Shown in pieces: positions 20,195 through 28,940 of a stretch of 31,256 bases of DNA. The DNA is from an uncultured Aquificales bacterium (GTDB lineage Bacteria; Thermosulfidibacterota; Thermosulfidibacteria; Thermosulfidibacterales; Thermosulfidibacteraceae): NCBI GenBank assembly GCA_964411615.1, contig CAYPLO010000010.1, forward strand, positions 1 to 31,256, in the 5' to 3' direction. The notes under the pieces are model-generated. The model was not told where the DNA came from and searched no databases. It saw nothing but the letters and a program-made list of their open reading frames with translations. Each line of letters starts with the position of its first letter. Positions within the stretch are counted from its first letter, which is position 1. The position numbers were made by a program, and so were the translations under genes.

Positions 20195-22621
20195 ATGGCG
20201 GAACAGATGAGCCTGGATATGGAACGGGTGGAGGTGGTCAGCATAGAGGAGGAGATGAAGAGCGCCTACCTTGATTACGCCATGAGCGTAATCATAGGTA
20301 GGGCCCTTCCCGATGCCAGGGACGGCCTCAAGCCCGTCCAGAGGCGCATCCTCTACGCCATGGGGGAGCTGGGCCTATACCACAACAGGCCCTACAAGAA
20401 GTGTGCCAGGGTGGTGGGAGAGGTGCTGGGTAAGTACCACCCCCACGGAGACGCCCCCGTATATGAGGCCCTGGTCCGCATGGCCCAGGACTTCACCATG
20501 AGGTACCCCCTGGTGGACGGCCAGGGGAACTTCGGCTCCATGGATGGAGACCCTCCAGCTGCCATGAGGTACACGGAGGCCCGCCTCTCCCGTATAGCTG
20601 AGGAGTTCCTGAAGGACATAGACAAAGAGACTGTGGATTTCGTCCCCAACTTTGACGGCTCCTTCATGGAGCCGGTGGTCCTTCCAACAAGGGTGCCCAA
20701 CCTGCTCATAAACGGAGCATCTGGCATAGCAGTGGGTATGGCCACCAACATCCCACCCCACAACCTCGGTGAGATTGTGGACGCCACCATCCACCTCATA
20801 GACCATCCCGACACCACCGTTGAGGAGCTGCTGCAGTTCGTGAAGGGTCCCGACTTCCCCACCGGGGGTGAGGTGGTTGCGGGTGAGGAGCTGATAAAGG
20901 CCTACACCACGGGCAGAGGCAACGTGAAGGTCAGGGGAATTGTGGAGGTTGAGCAGGTAAAGCGAAGGACCGCTCTGGTCATAAAGGAGATTCCCTACCA
21001 GGTGAACAAGGCCTCCCTGGTGGAGAAGATAACCAAGCTGGCGGAGGAGGGTAAGCTGGGCCAGATAAGCGCCGTGAGGGACGAGTCCAACAGGGAAGGG
21101 GTTAGGGTGGTTGTGGAGCTCAAATCGGGGGAGGACCCTGAGCTGGTCAGGAAGAGGCTCTACAAGTACACCCCCCTTGAGACGGGATACGGGATAATCA
21201 TGCTGGCCATACACAACGGCGAACCCAGGATGCTCACCCTCAAAGATGCCCTCTCCATATTCGTGGAGCACAGGAAGGAGGTCGTCACCCGCAGAACCAG
21301 ATACGAGCTGGAGAGGGCCCTTGAGAGGGAGCACATACTACAGGGGATAAAGATAGCCCTGGACAACTTAGACAGCGTGATAGAGACCATCAGGTCCTCA
21401 AAGACTCCCTCAGAGGCCAAAGAGGCCCTCATAGATAGGTTCGGACTAACCGAGCCACAGGCCCAGGCCATACTTGACATGAGGCTTCAGAGGCTGACAG
21501 GGCTTGAAAGGGAGAAGGTAGAAGAGGAGCTGAGGGAGGTGAGGCTCCTCATAGAAGACCTTCAAGACATACTGGCAAGGGAGGAGAGGCTACTTTCGGA
21601 GATAAAGAAGGAGCTACGGGAGATAAAGGAGAGGTACGGTGACGAGAGAAGGACCCGCATAACCCAGAAGGTGGAGACCTACACCGAGGAGGAGATTATA
21701 AGGGAAGAGGAGGTTGTGGTCACCATAACCCACAGGGGCTACATAAAGAGGGTGTCCCTCTCCGAGTACAGGGGACAGAGGAGGGGAGGCAAAGGCAGAA
21801 AGGCGGTGGATATGAAGGGAAGTGACTTTGTTGAGCACATGTACGTATGCTCAACCCACTCTACCATGCTGGTCTTCAGCAGCCTTGGCAAAGCCTACGG
21901 GATAAAGGTGTACGAGATACCAGAAGCCGGAAGGCACGCCAGGGGCAAGCCCATAGAGCACCTCATAAACCTCTCTGAAGGGGAGAGGGTATCCGCCGTG
22001 GTTAACGTGGGCAAAGACTACAGCGGCAACCTGTTCATGGTGACGGAAAGGGGCATCGTCAAAAAGACCCCCACAGCCGCCTTCGCCAACGCCAGAAGAA
22101 ACGGCATCATAGCCATAAACCTGGAAGAGGGAGACCGGCTGGTAGATGTCTGCCCAGTTGATGGGGACAAGCTGGTGATGGTGGGAACTAGGGAGGGAAG
22201 GGCTGTGGTCTTTCCCTCCTCCCAGGTGAGGGAGATGGGAAGAAACGCAAGGGGAGTTGCGGGAGTAAGGCTCAGGGACGGGGACAGGGTGGTGGGGATG
22301 GATATCTCAGAGCCTGGAAGACACGTTCTTACCATAACGGAGAAGGGATTCGGAAAGAGGACCCCCGTTGAGGAGTTCAGGGTTACGGGCAGGGGAGCCC
22401 AGGGGGTTATAGCCCACAAGCTCACTGAAAGGACGGGCAAGCTTGTAACCCTCAAGGCCGTTAAGGAGGACGACGACCTCATGATAATAACCAGAGAGGG
22501 GATGGCCATAAGAATCAGCGCATCCCAGATTCCTGTAAACAGCAGAAACGCCATAGGGGTAAGGCTCATACAGACGGACTCCGAGATAGCCGCCGTATGC
22601 AGGGTCTCCGATGAGGACTGA
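20195..22621 (+). CDS. gyrA: DNA gyrase subunit A
   Basis: [15 protein letters not shown], catalytic AAMRYT, GyrA-box QRRGGKG and beta-pinwheel repeats. Confidence 0.98.
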   Translation: MAEQMSLDMERVEVVSIEEEMKSAYLDYAMSVIIGRALPDARDGLKPVQRRILYAMGELGLYHNRPYKKCARVVGEVLGKYHPHGDAPVYEALVRMAQDFTMRYPLVDGQGNFGSMDGDPPAAMRYTEARLSRIAEEFLKDIDKETVDFVPNFDGSFMEPVVLPTRVPNLLINGASGIAVGMATNIPPHNLGEIVDATIHLIDHPDTTVEELLQFVKGPDFPTGGEVVAGEELIKAYTTGRGNVKVRGIVEVEQVKRRTALVIKEIPYQVNKASLVEKITKLAEEGKLGQISAVRDESNREGVRVVVELKSGEDPELVRKRLYKYTPLETGYGIIMLAIHNGEPRMLTLKDALSIFVEHRKEVVTRRTRYELERALEREHILQGIKIALDNLDSVIETIRSSKTPSEAKEALIDRFGLTEPQAQAILDMRLQRLTGLEREKVEEELREVRLLIEDLQDILAREERLLSEIKKELREIKERYGDERRTRITQKVETYTEEEIIREEEVVVTITHRGYIKRVSLSEYRGQRRGGKGRKAVDMKGSDFVEHMYVCSTHSTMLVFSSLGKAYGIKVYEIPEAGRHARGKPIEHLINLSEGERVSAVVNVGKDYSGNLFMVTERGIVKKTPTAAFANARRNGIIAINLEEGDRLVDVCPVDGDKLVMVGTREGRAVVFPSSQVREMGRNARGVAGVRLRDGDRVVGMDISEPGRHVLTITEKGFGKRTPVEEFRVTGRGAQGVIAHKLTERTGKLVTLKAVKEDDDLMIITREGMAIRISASQIPVNSRNAIGVRLIQTDSEIAAVCRVSDED

Positions 22622-23207
22622 TGAGGCCCAGCTTTTTGACAGAAGCTTTCTAAAAAGGGGCCTTATATGCGGTGTTGACGAGGCGGGCAGGGGCTGTCTT
22701 GCAGGGCCCGTTGTTGCGGCAGCTGTAGTCTTTGACGTGGAGAAGCTACCCGATATACCCGTTGACGACTCCAAGGCCCTCAGCCCCAGAAGGCGAGAGG
22801 AGCTCTTCCGACTCATAACCGAAGGTGCCCTTGACTGGGCGGTGGGGGTGGCCAGCTGGAGGAGGATAGACCGGATGAACATAAGGAGGGCGGCCCTATT
22901 CGCCATGGAAAGGGCCGTATCCAACCTCAAGGTGAATCCCACCCTCATACTCATAGACGGAAACGCAAAACCCGCATCCCTATTCAACTCCTACTGTGTG
23001 GTTAAGGGTGATGCCAGGAGCTTCTCCATAGCCGCAGCCTCCATAGTGGCAAAGGTGGTGAGGGATGGACTCATGAGGAGGTACGCCCGCATCTTCCCCC
23101 AGTACGGCTTTGAGAGCAACAAGGGTTACCCCACCCGCAGGCACATAGACGCACTTCTCATACACGGTCCATCCCCCATCCACAGGCTGAGCTTCAGATG
23201 GTCATGA
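22611..23207 (+). CDS. rnhB: ribonuclease HII
   Basis: [41 protein letters not shown] and HRLSF motifs. Confidence 0.97.
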   Translation: MRTDEAQLFDRSFLKRGLICGVDEAGRGCLAGPVVAAAVVFDVEKLPDIPVDDSKALSPRRREELFRLITEGALDWAVGVASWRRIDRMNIRRAALFAMERAVSNLKVNPTLILIDGNAKPASLFNSYCVVKGDARSFSIAAASIVAKVVRDGLMRRYARIFPQYGFESNKGYPTRRHIDALLIHGPSPIHRLSFRWS

Positions 23208-23560
23208 AGGGGAGAAGGGCCAGAGGAGCTGAGGCTGAGGAGCTCGCCTGCAGGTACCTTGCATCCAAAGGGTTCACAGTACTTGAGAGAAACTACACCA
23301 CCAGGTTCGGAGAGATAGACATAGTTGCTGCAAAGGGAAACACCACCTATTTCATTGAAGTGAGAAGCATAAACAGCAGGCTAATTAGCCATCCCGCCGA
23401 AACAATAACGGCAAGGAAGCTCCAGCATCTGAGAAGGGCGGTGTACTCCTATATAAAGACCCACAGGCTCCAGAACTACAGAACCCTCTTCATAGGCATA
23501 GACTTCAGCCGGAATCCGCCTTCCATAACCGAAATCTACGACTTTCTGGAGGAGGTGTAG
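23204..23560 (+). CDS. yraN: YraN family (UPF0102) predicted endonuclease
   Basis: GAEAEELACRYL, LERNY, GEIDIVA and FIEVR; conserved position after rnhB; ATG 23204 gives an ATGA overlap (alternative ATG at 23198). Confidence 0.88.
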   Translation: MKGRRARGAEAEELACRYLASKGFTVLERNYTTRFGEIDIVAAKGNTTYFIEVRSINSRLISHPAETITARKLQHLRRAVYSYIKTHRLQNYRTLFIGIDFSRNPPSITEIYDFLEEV

Positions 23561-23561
23561 C

Positions 23562-23888
23562 ATGAAGGCCCTGCAGGTTATAACCACCGTTGACAGCAGG
23601 GAGGCGGCAGAAAGGATAGTCTCAGAGCTTGTGGAGAACAAGCTTGCCGCCTGTGTCCAGCTTCACGGCCCTATAACCAGCACCTACTGGTGGCAGGGAA
23701 AGGTGGAGAAGGCCACAGAGTGGGTAATCACCGCCAAGACCACCCCGGAACTCTACCAAAAGGTTGAAGAGACCATAGCCAGACTCCACCCCTACACAGT
23801 TCCGGAGATAATAGCCCTGCCTATAGAAAAGATTTACGGCCCCTATTTAGAGTGGCTCCTCTCTACAGTATCTTCGTCTGCTCCTTAG
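23562..23888 (+). CDS. cutA: divalent-cation tolerance protein CutA
   Basis: LAACV, STYWWQGKVE, KT, HPYTVPEIIALP and YLEW motifs. Confidence 0.95.
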   Translation: MKALQVITTVDSREAAERIVSELVENKLAACVQLHGPITSTYWWQGKVEKATEWVITAKTTPELYQKVEETIARLHPYTVPEIIALPIEKIYGPYLEWLLSTVSSSAP

Positions 23889-24201
23889 GCCTGGGGGCCT
23901 TAACAACCAGCACCCTCAGGACCGAGTCGCTTTCGTTGTACCAGCAGTGGGGTATCCTTGCGGGGCTCTCTATAACGGTTCCCGCCTCAACCTCCTGCCT
24001 CTCATCCCCAATCTCCACAATCCCCTTGCCCTCAAGAACGAAAAAGACCACATCCACAGGGGTTATATGCCTCTTCAGCCTCTCCCTCGGTTTCAGAAGT
24101 ATATGGACCAGCTGAACGTGCTCCGAATCGTAGAGCATCCTGGCGTCAACACCATGAGGATTGGGCTTAACCTCCACATCCTGCCACTTAAAGAACTTCA
24201 T
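23863..24201 (-). CDS. cupin domain protein (Cupin_2-like, 112 aa)
   Basis: HITPVDVVFFVLEGKG...PARIPHCWYN; start re-assigned to ATG 24201 after a GGAGGAG SD. Confidence 0.88.
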   Translation of the reverse strand: MKFFKWQDVEVKPNPHGVDARMLYDSEHVQLVHILLKPRERLKRHITPVDVVFFVLEGKGIVEIGDERQEVEAGTVIESPARIPHCWYNESDSVLRVLVVKAPRPKEQTKIL

Positions 24202-24252
24202 CAACTCCTCCCATAGTTGAATCCTTTGCATTCCTATCATATATTGTTGGGG

Positions 24253-25701
24253 ATGAGAAATGCAAACCCCATATCAAAAATCGCCTTTTTCAATATGGCT
24301 GGATTCCTACTTGTTATTCTGTCGCAGTCTCTTATGGGCCACATAATCACCATCAGGGTTGAAGATATCGTGCACAACTATCACCACGGAACTCTGATAA
24401 GAATAGCCCAGAGCCACATTGACACGGAAAAGAAGCGAATTCAGGACCTGCTTAACTCTTACGCCCTCTGGTCAACAATGTACAAAAAGATAAGAGAGAG
24501 GGATGTGAAATGGATAGAGTCTGTTATGAGAGACCTTTCCGACACAGAGTTTTCGGGATACGGTATCTACCTGTCCACCGGCAAGGCTTTAATAACAAAG
24601 GGTGTATCCCTTGGAAACAAGGTTAACGAGATACTCAACAGGCTCACAGTCAGATATCCCCTGGGCGTGAAGATAGACCATTTCATGATGTTTGCCAATT
24701 ACATAGGCAACAAACCCTACATAATTGGTGTATCTCCAATCGGCGATGATGCTGGGAAGGTCCTATCCCACGACTTCATGTACATAGCCCTCCCCGCAAC
24801 CAAAATTGCTGACGAGTTATCCCATATATTTCAGCTGAGTGGTGTGTCTGTATTGAAGACTAACACCTTCAAAATGTTCTGTGTCCCGTTGAAGGGAATA
24901 GACGGTTCAACCGTGGCGTGTATATACATACCAACTCCGAAGTACATGCTATCCAGCGTACAGAAGCTCAAGTTTACGGTTCTTGCCTTCACCTTGGGAT
25001 TGGCCGTTGCCATGGTCATGCTGCTGATTGTGCTTGAAAGGTACTATACAGGCCTTGAGGAGGATTTCAGAAAGATATCTGGGCTCATCAAATCCATAGG
25101 CTCACTGTCCCCCGATATGGCCAAGAACGCGGGCAACAATGTTGAAGCATCCGGTGAGATGGGTGAGCTATTTAAAGCCGCAGCAGACGCTGCTTCCTCT
25201 GTGGTCAAAGGTGTCTATCAGGACCCCCTGACCTCGGCTTACAACAGAAGATACTTTTTCATAAAACTCAAAGAGGAGCTTGAGAGGGTTAAGAGGTACA
25301 ACAGGCCCATGAGTTTGGCTGTTCTGGACATAGACGACTTCAAGAAGATAAACGACACCTACGGGCATCCTGTTGGAGATGTAGTTCTTGTTGAGCTTGC
25401 AAAGACCATAAAGCGCAACATAAGAAGCACAGACGTGTTTGCAAGGGTGGGAGGGGAGGAGTTCGCCATAATATTCACAGAGACCGATGTCAAGGGAGCG
25501 GCTAAAAAGTGTGAAATGCTCAGGTCTGAGATAGAGAAACTAACAATAAGAACTTATGGTCGCGTTATAAACCTGACCATAAGCATCGGTGTCACCCAGG
25601 CCAAACCCACAGACACTGTTGACACCCTCTACAAACGGGCAGACAAGGCCCTATACAGGGCAAAACAGACGGGAAAGAACAGGGTGGTTACGGTGGTTTA
25701 A
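24253..25701 (+). CDS. membrane-anchored diguanylate cyclase (two TM helices flanking an extracytoplasmic sensor, possibly CHASE4-like; GGDEF domain)
   Basis: DPLTSAYNRR, DIDDFKKINDTYGHPVGD, I-site RSTD, GGEEF active site and ADKALYRAKQTGKNR; the sensor contains YALWSTMY, resembling CHASE4. Confidence 0.92.
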   Translation: MRNANPISKIAFFNMAGFLLVILSQSLMGHIITIRVEDIVHNYHHGTLIRIAQSHIDTEKKRIQDLLNSYALWSTMYKKIRERDVKWIESVMRDLSDTEFSGYGIYLSTGKALITKGVSLGNKVNEILNRLTVRYPLGVKIDHFMMFANYIGNKPYIIGVSPIGDDAGKVLSHDFMYIALPATKIADELSHIFQLSGVSVLKTNTFKMFCVPLKGIDGSTVACIYIPTPKYMLSSVQKLKFTVLAFTLGLAVAMVMLLIVLERYYTGLEEDFRKISGLIKSIGSLSPDMAKNAGNNVEASGEMGELFKAAADAASSVVKGVYQDPLTSAYNRRYFFIKLKEELERVKRYNRPMSLAVLDIDDFKKINDTYGHPVGDVVLVELAKTIKRNIRSTDVFARVGGEEFAIIFTETDVKGAAKKCEMLRSEIEKLTIRTYGRVINLTISIGVTQAKPTDTVDTLYKRADKALYRAKQTGKNRVVTVV

Positions 25702-27581
25702 GAGGCCTTCTCCCTTCTGCCTCTGAGCTGAAGATAACCTATGATTGCCGCTATCGCCGCCGGTGTAACCCCGGGAATCCTGGAGGCCTGCCCTATGGAC
25801 TTGGGTCTCACCTCCTTGAGCTTCTGCCTCACCTCAAAGGACAGACCCGGTATGGAGTCGTAGTCTATATCATCAGGTATCAGCTTCTCCTCCATCCTCC
25901 TGAACCGTTCAACCTGCTGGAGCTGCCTCTTTATGTACCCCTCGTACTTGACCTCAATCTCAACCTCCCTCTTCACATAATCCGGAAGCTCTCTGCCGTA
26001 CCCCATCCTCGCTATGTCCTCATAGCTCACCTGCGGCCTTTTTAGGAGCTGCTCTGCACTCACCGTATCCTCTATGGGGGTTGAGCCCTTCTCCACGAGT
26101 ATGCTGTTCACCAGAACCGAGGACCTGACCCTCTCTTTTTTGAGTCTCTCAATCTCCTCCCTTATCATCTCCCTGTATTCCCTGAGCCTCTTTATCTGTT
26201 CCTCGGATATGAGCCCCAGACTGTAGCCCTTCTCCATGAGTCTAAGGGAAGCGTTATCCTCCCTCAGTATGAGTCTGTACTCAGCCCTTGATGTGAACAT
26301 CCTGTAGGGCTCGTTGGTGCCCTTGGTGACCAAATCGTCTATGAGAACCCCTATGTAGGCCTCAGCCCTGCTCAGGACGAAGGGTTCTTTCCCCTTAACT
26401 TTAAGTGCCGCATTTATACCTGCAACAAGCCCCTGGGCTGCTGCCTCCTCGTAGCCTGAGGTCCCGTTTATCTGCCCTGCACAGAAGAGCCCCTCCACAA
26501 CCTTGGTCTCAAGGGTGTGGTAAAGCTGTGTGGGGAAGACGAAATCGTACTCTATGGCGTATCCGGGCCTTATCATCTTGGCCCTCTCAAGCCCCTTTAT
26601 GGTGCGTATGAACCTTATCTGGATGTCTATGGGCAGGGATGTGGGGATACCGTTGGGGTATATCTCTACCGTATCGTAGCCCTCCGGCTCAAGGAATATC
26701 TGGTGCCTCTTCTTATCCGGGAACCTGGCCACCTTGTCCTCTATTGAGGGACAGTATCTGGGACCTATCCCCTTTATCACCCCCGTAAAGAGGGGGGAAC
26801 GGTCAAATCCGGAACGGATTATCTCGTGGGTCTTCTCGTTGGTGTAGGTTATCCAGCAGGGAAGCTGCCTGTTGGTTATCCTCTCTGTGAAGAAGGAGAA
26901 GGGCCTGGGAGGGTCATCGCCGTGCTGCACCTCAAGGTCCGAAAAGTCTATGGTGTTGGCATCAAGCCTCGGGGTGGTTCCCGTCTTGAGCCTGCCAAGT
27001 CTTAGCCCCAGCCTCTTCAGGGACTCTGAGAGTTTGTAAGCTGGGAAGTCTCCAAGCCTTCCGGCGGGAAAGTTGTTCAGCCCGATGTGGATAAGTCCCT
27101 TAAGAAAGGTGCCTGTGCACAGAACCACCGTCTTGGTTCTGAATCTCAGCTCTATGTTGGTATCAACGGCCCAAACCCTGCCGTCTTTCACCAGTATATC
27201 CTCAACCCTGGCCTGAAGCACATCCAGGTTCTCCTGCCTCTCAACCACCTGTTTCATGTAGCCTCTGTACAGCTTCCTGTCTATCTGGGCCCTTGAGGAC
27301 TGGACGGCCGGTCCCTTCTTGGTGTTGAGCACCCTGAACTGGATTCCCGCATAATCGGTGGCCTTGGCCATCTCGCCGCCGAGGGCATCTATCTCCTTCA
27401 CCAGATGCCCCTTGGCCAGCCCGCCAACGGCGGGATTGCAGGAGGTCTGCCCAATCATGTCGGCGTTGATGGTTATCATAAGGGTCTTACAGCCCATCCG
27501 GGCAGCGGCGAGGGCCGCCTCTATACCTGCATGCCCTCCACCGACAACCACCACGTCGTAGTATTCGTCATAGGTGAACAT
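25698..27581 (-). CDS. mnmG: tRNA uridine-5-carboxymethylaminomethyl(34) synthesis enzyme MnmG (GidA)
   Basis: VVGGGHAGIEAA, SCNPAVGG, RLKTGT, GPRYCPSIEDK, AGQINGTSGYEEAAAQG and YRMFTSRAEYRL; start re-assigned to ATG 27581 because the longer ORF runs into the tRNA. Confidence 0.98.
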   Translation of the reverse strand: MFTYDEYYDVVVVGGGHAGIEAALAAARMGCKTLMITINADMIGQTSCNPAVGGLAKGHLVKEIDALGGEMAKATDYAGIQFRVLNTKKGPAVQSSRAQIDRKLYRGYMKQVVERQENLDVLQARVEDILVKDGRVWAVDTNIELRFRTKTVVLCTGTFLKGLIHIGLNNFPAGRLGDFPAYKLSESLKRLGLRLGRLKTGTTPRLDANTIDFSDLEVQHGDDPPRPFSFFTERITNRQLPCWITYTNEKTHEIIRSGFDRSPLFTGVIKGIGPRYCPSIEDKVARFPDKKRHQIFLEPEGYDTVEIYPNGIPTSLPIDIQIRFIRTIKGLERAKMIRPGYAIEYDFVFPTQLYHTLETKVVEGLFCAGQINGTSGYEEAAAQGLVAGINAALKVKGKEPFVLSRAEAYIGVLIDDLVTKGTNEPYRMFTSRAEYRLILREDNASLRLMEKGYSLGLISEEQIKRLREYREMIREEIERLKKERVRSSVLVNSILVEKGSTPIEDTVSAEQLLKRPQVSYEDIARMGYGRELPDYVKREVEIEVKYEGYIKRQLQQVERFRRMEEKLIPDDIDYDSIPGLSFEVRQKLKEVRPKSIGQASRIPGVTPAAIAAIIGYLQLRGRREKAS

Positions 27582-27604
27582 GGAAGGGAGCTCCGGAAGA
27601 AGAG

Positions 27605-27682
27605 TGGGGTGGGCGACGGGAGTCGAACCCGCAACCCCCGGAGCCACAGTCCGGTGCTCTGACCAGTTGAGCTACGCCCACC
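27605..27682 (-). tRNA. tRNA-His (GTG) with encoded G-1 and CCA
   Basis: Reverse complement GGTGGGCGTAGCTCAACTGGTCAGAGCACCGGACTGTGGCTCCGGGGGTTGCGGGTTCGACTCCCGTCGCCCACCCCA; anticodon stem CCGGA/TCCGG with loop CTGTGGC, T-loop TTCGACT, and G-1:C73 pair. Confidence 0.97.
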
Positions 27683-27695
27683 ACAGCCGCAACAG

Positions 27696-27724
27696 AAGAT
27701 ATTACATCGGCCCCACGGTGTCAA
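27696..27724 (-). promoter_or_regulatory. sigma70-type promoter for tRNA-His/mnmG
   Basis: Minus strand TTGACA (27724-27719) - 17 nt - TATCTT (27701-27696), 13 nt upstream of the tRNA. Confidence 0.75.
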
Positions 27725-27821
27725 CGGTGCCCTGCAGCTCACATTATGCAAACGTGGTTTGCTTGATACATTTAGTATTAGCAGCATATTACAGGCAGAA
27801 ATACGGGCGAGAAAATTTTAC

Positions 27822-27850
27822 TTGACATTTTTAATAACGTTGTTTATCTT
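27822..27850 (+). promoter_or_regulatory. sigma70-type promoter for the small ORF at 27887
   Basis: TTGACA (27822-27827) - 17 nt - TATCTT (27845-27850), with an AT-rich UP-like AAAATTTT at 27812-27819. Confidence 0.75.
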
Positions 27851-27886
27851 ATAAGGACGAGAATCCCGATGGAAGGAGGTGAGGAG

Positions 27887-28048
27887 ATGATGGCGGTAGA
27901 TGTGAAGGTTAGGGGAGACAGGTTCTCTCCCGTGCTGAGGGAGAAGAAGAAGCTGGTTCAGTTACCCAAGGATGTGAGGGATAAGATATCGGCCACAGAC
28001 CCCGACCTTGAGGAGAAGAAGACCCCCAGGTATCTCAGAAAGAGCTGA
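27887..28048 (+). CDS. small hypothetical protein (52-53 aa), absent from the ORF track
   Basis: [65 protein letters not shown] at 27873-27882; its own promoter; host-like codons (AGG, AAG, GAG, ATA). Confidence 0.75.
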   Translation: MMAVDVKVRGDRFSPVLREKKKLVQLPKDVRDKISATDPDLEEKKTPRYLRKS

Positions 28049-28880
28049 TGAGCAACCGCCTCACAGTCTCCATGTTCCTTCTGTCCCACCCCTCTCCCCA
28101 GGGGGTCTCCATAACGAGGGGAGAACTTCTGAAGACGGCGTGGGAAAGGAGGGTTTTGAAGCCCTCTTCCCCTATCTCCCCCATCCCTATGTGCCAGTGC
28201 CTGTCAACCCTTGAAGCGAAGGGACTTCTGGAATCGTTCAGGTGGACCAGCTTCAGCCTCCCAAGCCCTATCCTTCTGTCAAACTCTTCAAGAAACTCCT
28301 CAAGACCGTACTTCGTGTGGATGGGATAACCTGCCTGAAAGGCGTGGGCGGTGTCCAGACACACGCCAATTCTATACGGATATGCGCATATGCGTATAAC
28401 ATCTTCTATATGCTCTAACCTGTAACCCACCTCAGTGCCCTGTCCCGCCGTGTTCTCAAGAAGCAGTATAACACATTCCGATGCCTCCACTGCCACATCC
28501 AGGGCCTTGGCTATGCGGCGAAGCCCCTCTTTCAGGGAGACCTCCCCTTTGAGCTTTCCCATGTGTATCACAAGGCCATACACACCCAACCTCTCACACC
28601 TTCTCACCTCCTCAACCAGCATCTCCACAGACCTTGAATAGACCTCTCCCCTGGCACAGAAGTTGGCGAGATAGGGCATATGGGCAAAGCAACGCTTCAC
28701 CTTAGAGAGCCTCTTTCTATCACAAAAGGCCCTGACCTCGTCCTCGGAAATGGGCCTTCTCCTCCAGCTCCTGGGGTTTCCGGTAAATATCTGGAAGGTT
28801 GTGCATCCTAGCCTTTCCGCCCGGTCAAAGGCTCTATGAAGACCACCAGCTATAGAGAGGTGGAATCCTATCTCCAACAC
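28035..28880 (-). CDS. nfo: endonuclease IV
   Basis: [48 protein letters not shown] and METP (the Zn ligands are intact). Confidence 0.96.
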   Translation of the reverse strand: MLEIGFHLSIAGGLHRAFDRAERLGCTTFQIFTGNPRSWRRRPISEDEVRAFCDRKRLSKVKRCFAHMPYLANFCARGEVYSRSVEMLVEEVRRCERLGVYGLVIHMGKLKGEVSLKEGLRRIAKALDVAVEASECVILLLENTAGQGTEVGYRLEHIEDVIRICAYPYRIGVCLDTAHAFQAGYPIHTKYGLEEFLEEFDRRIGLGRLKLVHLNDSRSPFASRVDRHWHIGMGEIGEEGFKTLLSHAVFRSSPLVMETPWGEGWDRRNMETVRRLLISSF

Positions 28881-28882
28881 TG

Positions 28883-28911
28883 TTGCCTTTTCAAAGATTG
28901 CTCATTAACTT
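28883..28911 (+). promoter_or_regulatory. candidate sigma70 promoter for cimA
   Basis: TTGCCT (28883-28888) - 17 nt - TAACTT (28906-28911). Confidence 0.4.
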
Positions 28912-28940
28912 TAACCGAAACAGCACCGGGAGGGAAGGCC

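Noticed and set aside
27582..27647. N-terminal extension of mnmG given in the ORF track
   Set aside because: It runs through the tRNA-His gene; homology begins at ATG 27581
27605..28048. tRNA-His as an integration site for a prophage or island
   Set aside because: No integrase and no duplicated tRNA 3' end (att site) seen; the flanks are core genes
28836..28940. Upstream extension of cimA (similarly pcrA 17722, argF 5109, lipoprotein 4201, cupin 24240, cyclase 24217)
   Set aside because: These overlap neighbouring genes or promoters; downstream starts have an SD, a coupled overlap, or match the family N-terminus
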